A stretch of 64,000 bases of DNA from Zygnema circumcarinatum SAG 698-1b (Eukaryota; Plantae; Zygnematophyceae): assembly GCA_037447605.1 (NCBI GenBank), contig CM074816.1, positions 1,950,525 through 2,014,524 of the forward strand. Direction: 5' to 3'. Position numbers and translations under genes: made by a program. Position 1 is the first letter of the stretch; each line of letters opens with the position of its first letter. Positions 60,194 to 64,000 of this stretch are shown one piece after another. The notes under the pieces were generated by a model, which searched no databases, was not told where the DNA came from, and saw only the letters and a program-made list of their open reading frames with translations.

Positions 60194-63100
60194 TCAGCAT
60201 TGGCTGGCGCCGTCTTCAGTTGGAAGAACAGCTGCAGGCAGAGTGGCCACAGAGTGAAACTTGGGGCCAGAATACTTCTTGTGCACTGCAGTGAGGTTGC
60301 CGGTGCCGGCCTTCTGATGCAAGCCGATCATCAAACTCACACACAACCTGCACCGGGAGAGAAGAATATGAAGACAGTCAGCGGCAGGTCCTGGAATCTC
60401 AGTGTATTGGTGCCAGAAAACAGGAAATCTGATTGCGAACAGGACCATCTTTTTGACCAAGAGGAGCGCAAATCAAGAGTTTCAATTATTGCTGTTGTTT
60501 GTGGTGGTTCAATTGCTTACCGCAGATGTTGCTCTGAAAGCCCAGAATGACGCTGCAGTACAGTGGTCCAGCATGGAGTTTTGTTCAACGTCCGCAGAGC
60601 GGTGTACACGGCAGCAGCAGCGATATGGGACGGACTAAATCGGAGCATGGTGTACTCAGGCAGGCAAAGCTCAACGAGGAACCAAGCTACAATTTGAACC
60701 TCTTTGTCGGCTTGAGCTGCTTTCAGATATCGTGACATAAATACATAGGGCGTTGGCACCGTCAGATTAAACTTGAGAGTGTTAAGCATCAGCTTCTCCT
60801 GCATTCAGCAAGACAGGCAAACTACTCGTTACTTCCCAGTTATTATTGCCAAGGAAAGCCAGATCTGTCTGTCAGCCAAAAATGCGAAAATGTAGCAAAC
60901 GGAACCACATCCCTGAAGACCGACAATCAATGGTAGTCTCAGTAAAACCTACCATAGCAAGAATCTGGTCCTTTGTATAGGCATTGTCAGAAATATACAC
61001 GAAGTCTTTGACCTGTACACAAAGCAAACTCATTTCAGAACATTAGAGAAAACATGTCCGTAAAGCAGCTGAATGCCATGTTCCCAAGAATCCTGCACAA
61101 ATGGAGTTATATTGAAAAGAGACGACCAAACAGGATTTGCAGACAGCAGTCCTTCATCAAACATCAAAGCTCACCTCGGGCGCCCAGATCTCCTCGTACT
61201 TGGAGGCAAGGAGCATTGCAGTCACGCCAACCAACTGGAGATTCTTGCGTGACACTGCGTAGACAGCGAGGAATCGGTCGATCAAATTCGTTGTCAAGAA
61301 CAGAGTCTCTGGCATCAGTTTGAACTTGAGATGGACCTGCACAGAACAGAGAAAACAGAAAACTATGCGGTCAGTTCTTCTACGTCACATGTATGTAAAC
61401 AAGCTGAAAGTGAAGGTACACAATGGCAAATTTCAAAATGATGCGAGAAATTTGAACCTTCTCCAGAAAAGTAACAATGAAACTTCCAACTACCAAATTC
61501 CTGTCTCACGAATCCCTATGGCACTGAGAAATTACAAAAAAGAAAAAGCAACTTTGATGGGGCCATCTACAAAAGCGCAGGAAGTTTACCTCTACTAGCC
61601 AATCCAAAAGGATGCCGCGCATTTTGTCGTTTATATCGGTCTGCAATTGCATGTAGTCCGGGCATACAATGCTCTGTGCCTGCTCACAGACAGTGAATGA
61701 TACAATTAGTCCCTTCCACATTATCCCACCTGACACATATAGCTCAAATGCCAAAGAAGCACAAGCAAACGCAGCGAAAGGTAGCCCAAGTCAGAGATAC
61801 TTTAATATCCACTGATGCAGAAGCTGGTAAGACCTGCATTGTGTTTACCTCCGCTTTGCGGTAGAAGGCATACATATCTGCAACATAATCTGATACAGCT
61901 AATGGATCCCCTTTGTCTTGGGAGTCGATATCTGGAAGTGGGTCATCAGCGTCAATCATCTCCGCATCAAAGCCACAGCCGCTTTCCTGCACGCAAATAG
62001 CCAGGAAAATTCAGTTCCTGCTGTCTTAATGAAAAACCAAGACACCAAGATGGGCAGTTCTAATGAAGCAAAATGGGTGCAGATTTCCCTCCTTACCTCA
62101 GCACGAGCTGCCAAAGTAGCAGTCAGGCTCATCTCTTTCTCTTTTGCAGCCTGAAGGGTTGCTGCTTTGGCAGCAGCAGCAGCTGCACGTGCAGCCCGAG
62201 TGACTGCCGCCTTCGCACGGCCGGGAGCTGCATTTGATGCGGTGCTGCCCAGGCCTGACTGCGAGGCGGCTCCGCTCTGAGATGGTGCAGAGACAGCTGG
62301 AGGCTGTGACGTCTCCCGAACACGGGAAGCAGCAGTTCGGTGGCCTTTGTTCCCCCACTTTTCTCCGACTGGTCCAGCAGCCTGGCCCATAAACAAGTCA
62401 CAGTGAGCACAGCCTTCTTGTACACTTTAGCCACGCCACCAAAGGAAAACCAGAAAGGGGCAAGAGTTTTTAGTATGGGATGCTCCAACAAAACCGTTAA
62501 AACGGACATACATTTACTTCAATTATCTGTACTGAGGCAGACTGGTCATAACATATGCCACATCATAGGAAAGGAAAGATTCGAATGAAACAGCTGCTTA
62601 CGTCCTTTAAGACAAACCAGTATATGGAAGGCATCTGTTTACCTTGGTAGGGTTTTTGCTGACCTCATTCGCATTGCTCAAGTTGGTACCAAAAGTCCGC
62701 CTGCACATTTTTCCACCAACGAGTCCACATTGATATCAGCAGTATTCAATTCCCAACTGTCGTGTGACTAAACATTTCTGCCGCCACCTCCAACACTGAC
62801 AATTTCCTTTTCAATCAACACGAGTGTAGGATGCGTAAAATTCACCATAACTTCTTGAACTAGCACACGAGTCTTGCATTCCTGCTAAAAGGATACGGAA
62901 GGGTTGTTACATTCACAACGTAATGCTCCGGCTACCCTCAACAGGGCAACAGCTATCCAACAGCTTTTTTGGAGGGGGAAACGTACTCTTGAGGTTCGGC
63001 CTTCACACTGCAGCCTTTCGACATAGCTCCAGCGAGGTTACCAAGATCTGCAAGAGCGTGCCGCTTGGTCTGAACATTGGTTGTTCCACGACCAGCTGCT

Positions 63101-63714
63101 TCTCCAACCAGCAATCCATTTCAGAAGCAAGCAATGCAAACAAAAGATACCTCACTTAACCACATAACGTCTCATCCTCTAAAACATGAGCCGCTGGTCT
63201 GGGATACCGGATTGCGGTTCCGTGCTTTCTAGACAGTCTGGTTGCCTCAACTATAGCTACTTCCATTCATTTGCTTCTGCCAGTTGGCAAAGAGTGCGCT
63301 TGTACGCTCACCCTTTGCAACAACTTTATTTTCCACTCGCTTGTTTTCGTCGCCAACATTTTCGGACTTCACTGCAGCCTGTTACAAATACAATTGCAAA
63401 GACGGTTTAAAAATATGTCGCTCAATTCGTCAAAAAAAAAAAAAAAGAGGAAAGGGGAAACATGGAACTTGGACAAAGACCAGAGTGAATTTCACACGAT
63501 TTATTAAAACACCGTCCAAAGAAATCATCCATTTGAACCATCGGTAACAGCTCAGCTCATCATAGACTCTCCCCTACACCTTACACGACCCTCGTCGCAC
63601 ACATGCCAGCCAGTTCAGGCTAGTAACTCTCACAGGCATAATAAGATACTGCAAGATGTCATGAGCCTTCGTTCTCGCATGACCACTCACATCACATACC
63701 CGGGTGTTATACAT
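60194..63714 (-). CDS. CYCB1: B1-type mitotic cyclin, multi-exon
   Basis: The proposed start is MYNTR|AAVKSEN, with a D-box-like RHALADLGN. The cyclin box reads [11 protein letters not shown]|[37 protein letters not shown], followed by [20 protein letters not shown] and the C-terminus VHKKYS. Confidence 0.93.
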
Positions 63715-64000
63715 CTTGTCGGCTGTCAGCTGAGAAGAAGCACAGCACTAGAAAGCATACACAACACCCGCGCTCCAGCAGGTCCCTTGGCCTCGCCCCT
63801 CCCTCTTATCCCTCTTATCCCGCAAACAGCAGCACCGAGTTAGGGCCTTGCACTCGAGGTCCGGGAGGCAGAGGAGCAGGAGGAGGGGGCGAGCAGGCGT
63901 TAGGAGGGTACGGAGGAGCAGGCGCAGGCCATGGACGGAGGGAGGGGCCGCGCGGCGGCCCTTTATTCGAACGCCCCCGCCCGCCCGCCCGCCCAACGAC

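Overview
Intron-rich eukaryotic nuclear DNA, most consistent with a streptophyte green alga. Zygnematophyceae-like is an inference from plant-type orthologues, GC-rich gene starts and CT/GA-rich introns. Housekeeping genes flank the window: TFIIA-gamma and the DExH8 helicase on the left, M1 aminopeptidase APM1 and cyclin B1 on the right. Between them is a ~35-kb block (13.9-48.7 kb) made only of oxidase and hydrolase genes: two CotA/LPR-like multicopper oxidases, three type-B carboxylesterases, one GH1 beta-glucosidase (all six with predicted signal peptides) and one intronless bacterial-like alpha/beta hydrolase. This is a candidate metabolic or secretory gene cluster. Other highlights are an AT-rich bacterial ABC-ATPase fragment inside a DExH8 intron that reads through TGA as Trp (Mollicutes-like code), intact DUF2431/BMT5-like methyltransferase motifs fused to DExH8, arrays of SBP and G-box sites, and an intron minisatellite built from copies of its own splice donor. 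Exon models were assembled by eye from GT/GC-AG boundaries and remembered family motifs. No database searches were run. No rRNA, tRNA or CRISPR array was seen.
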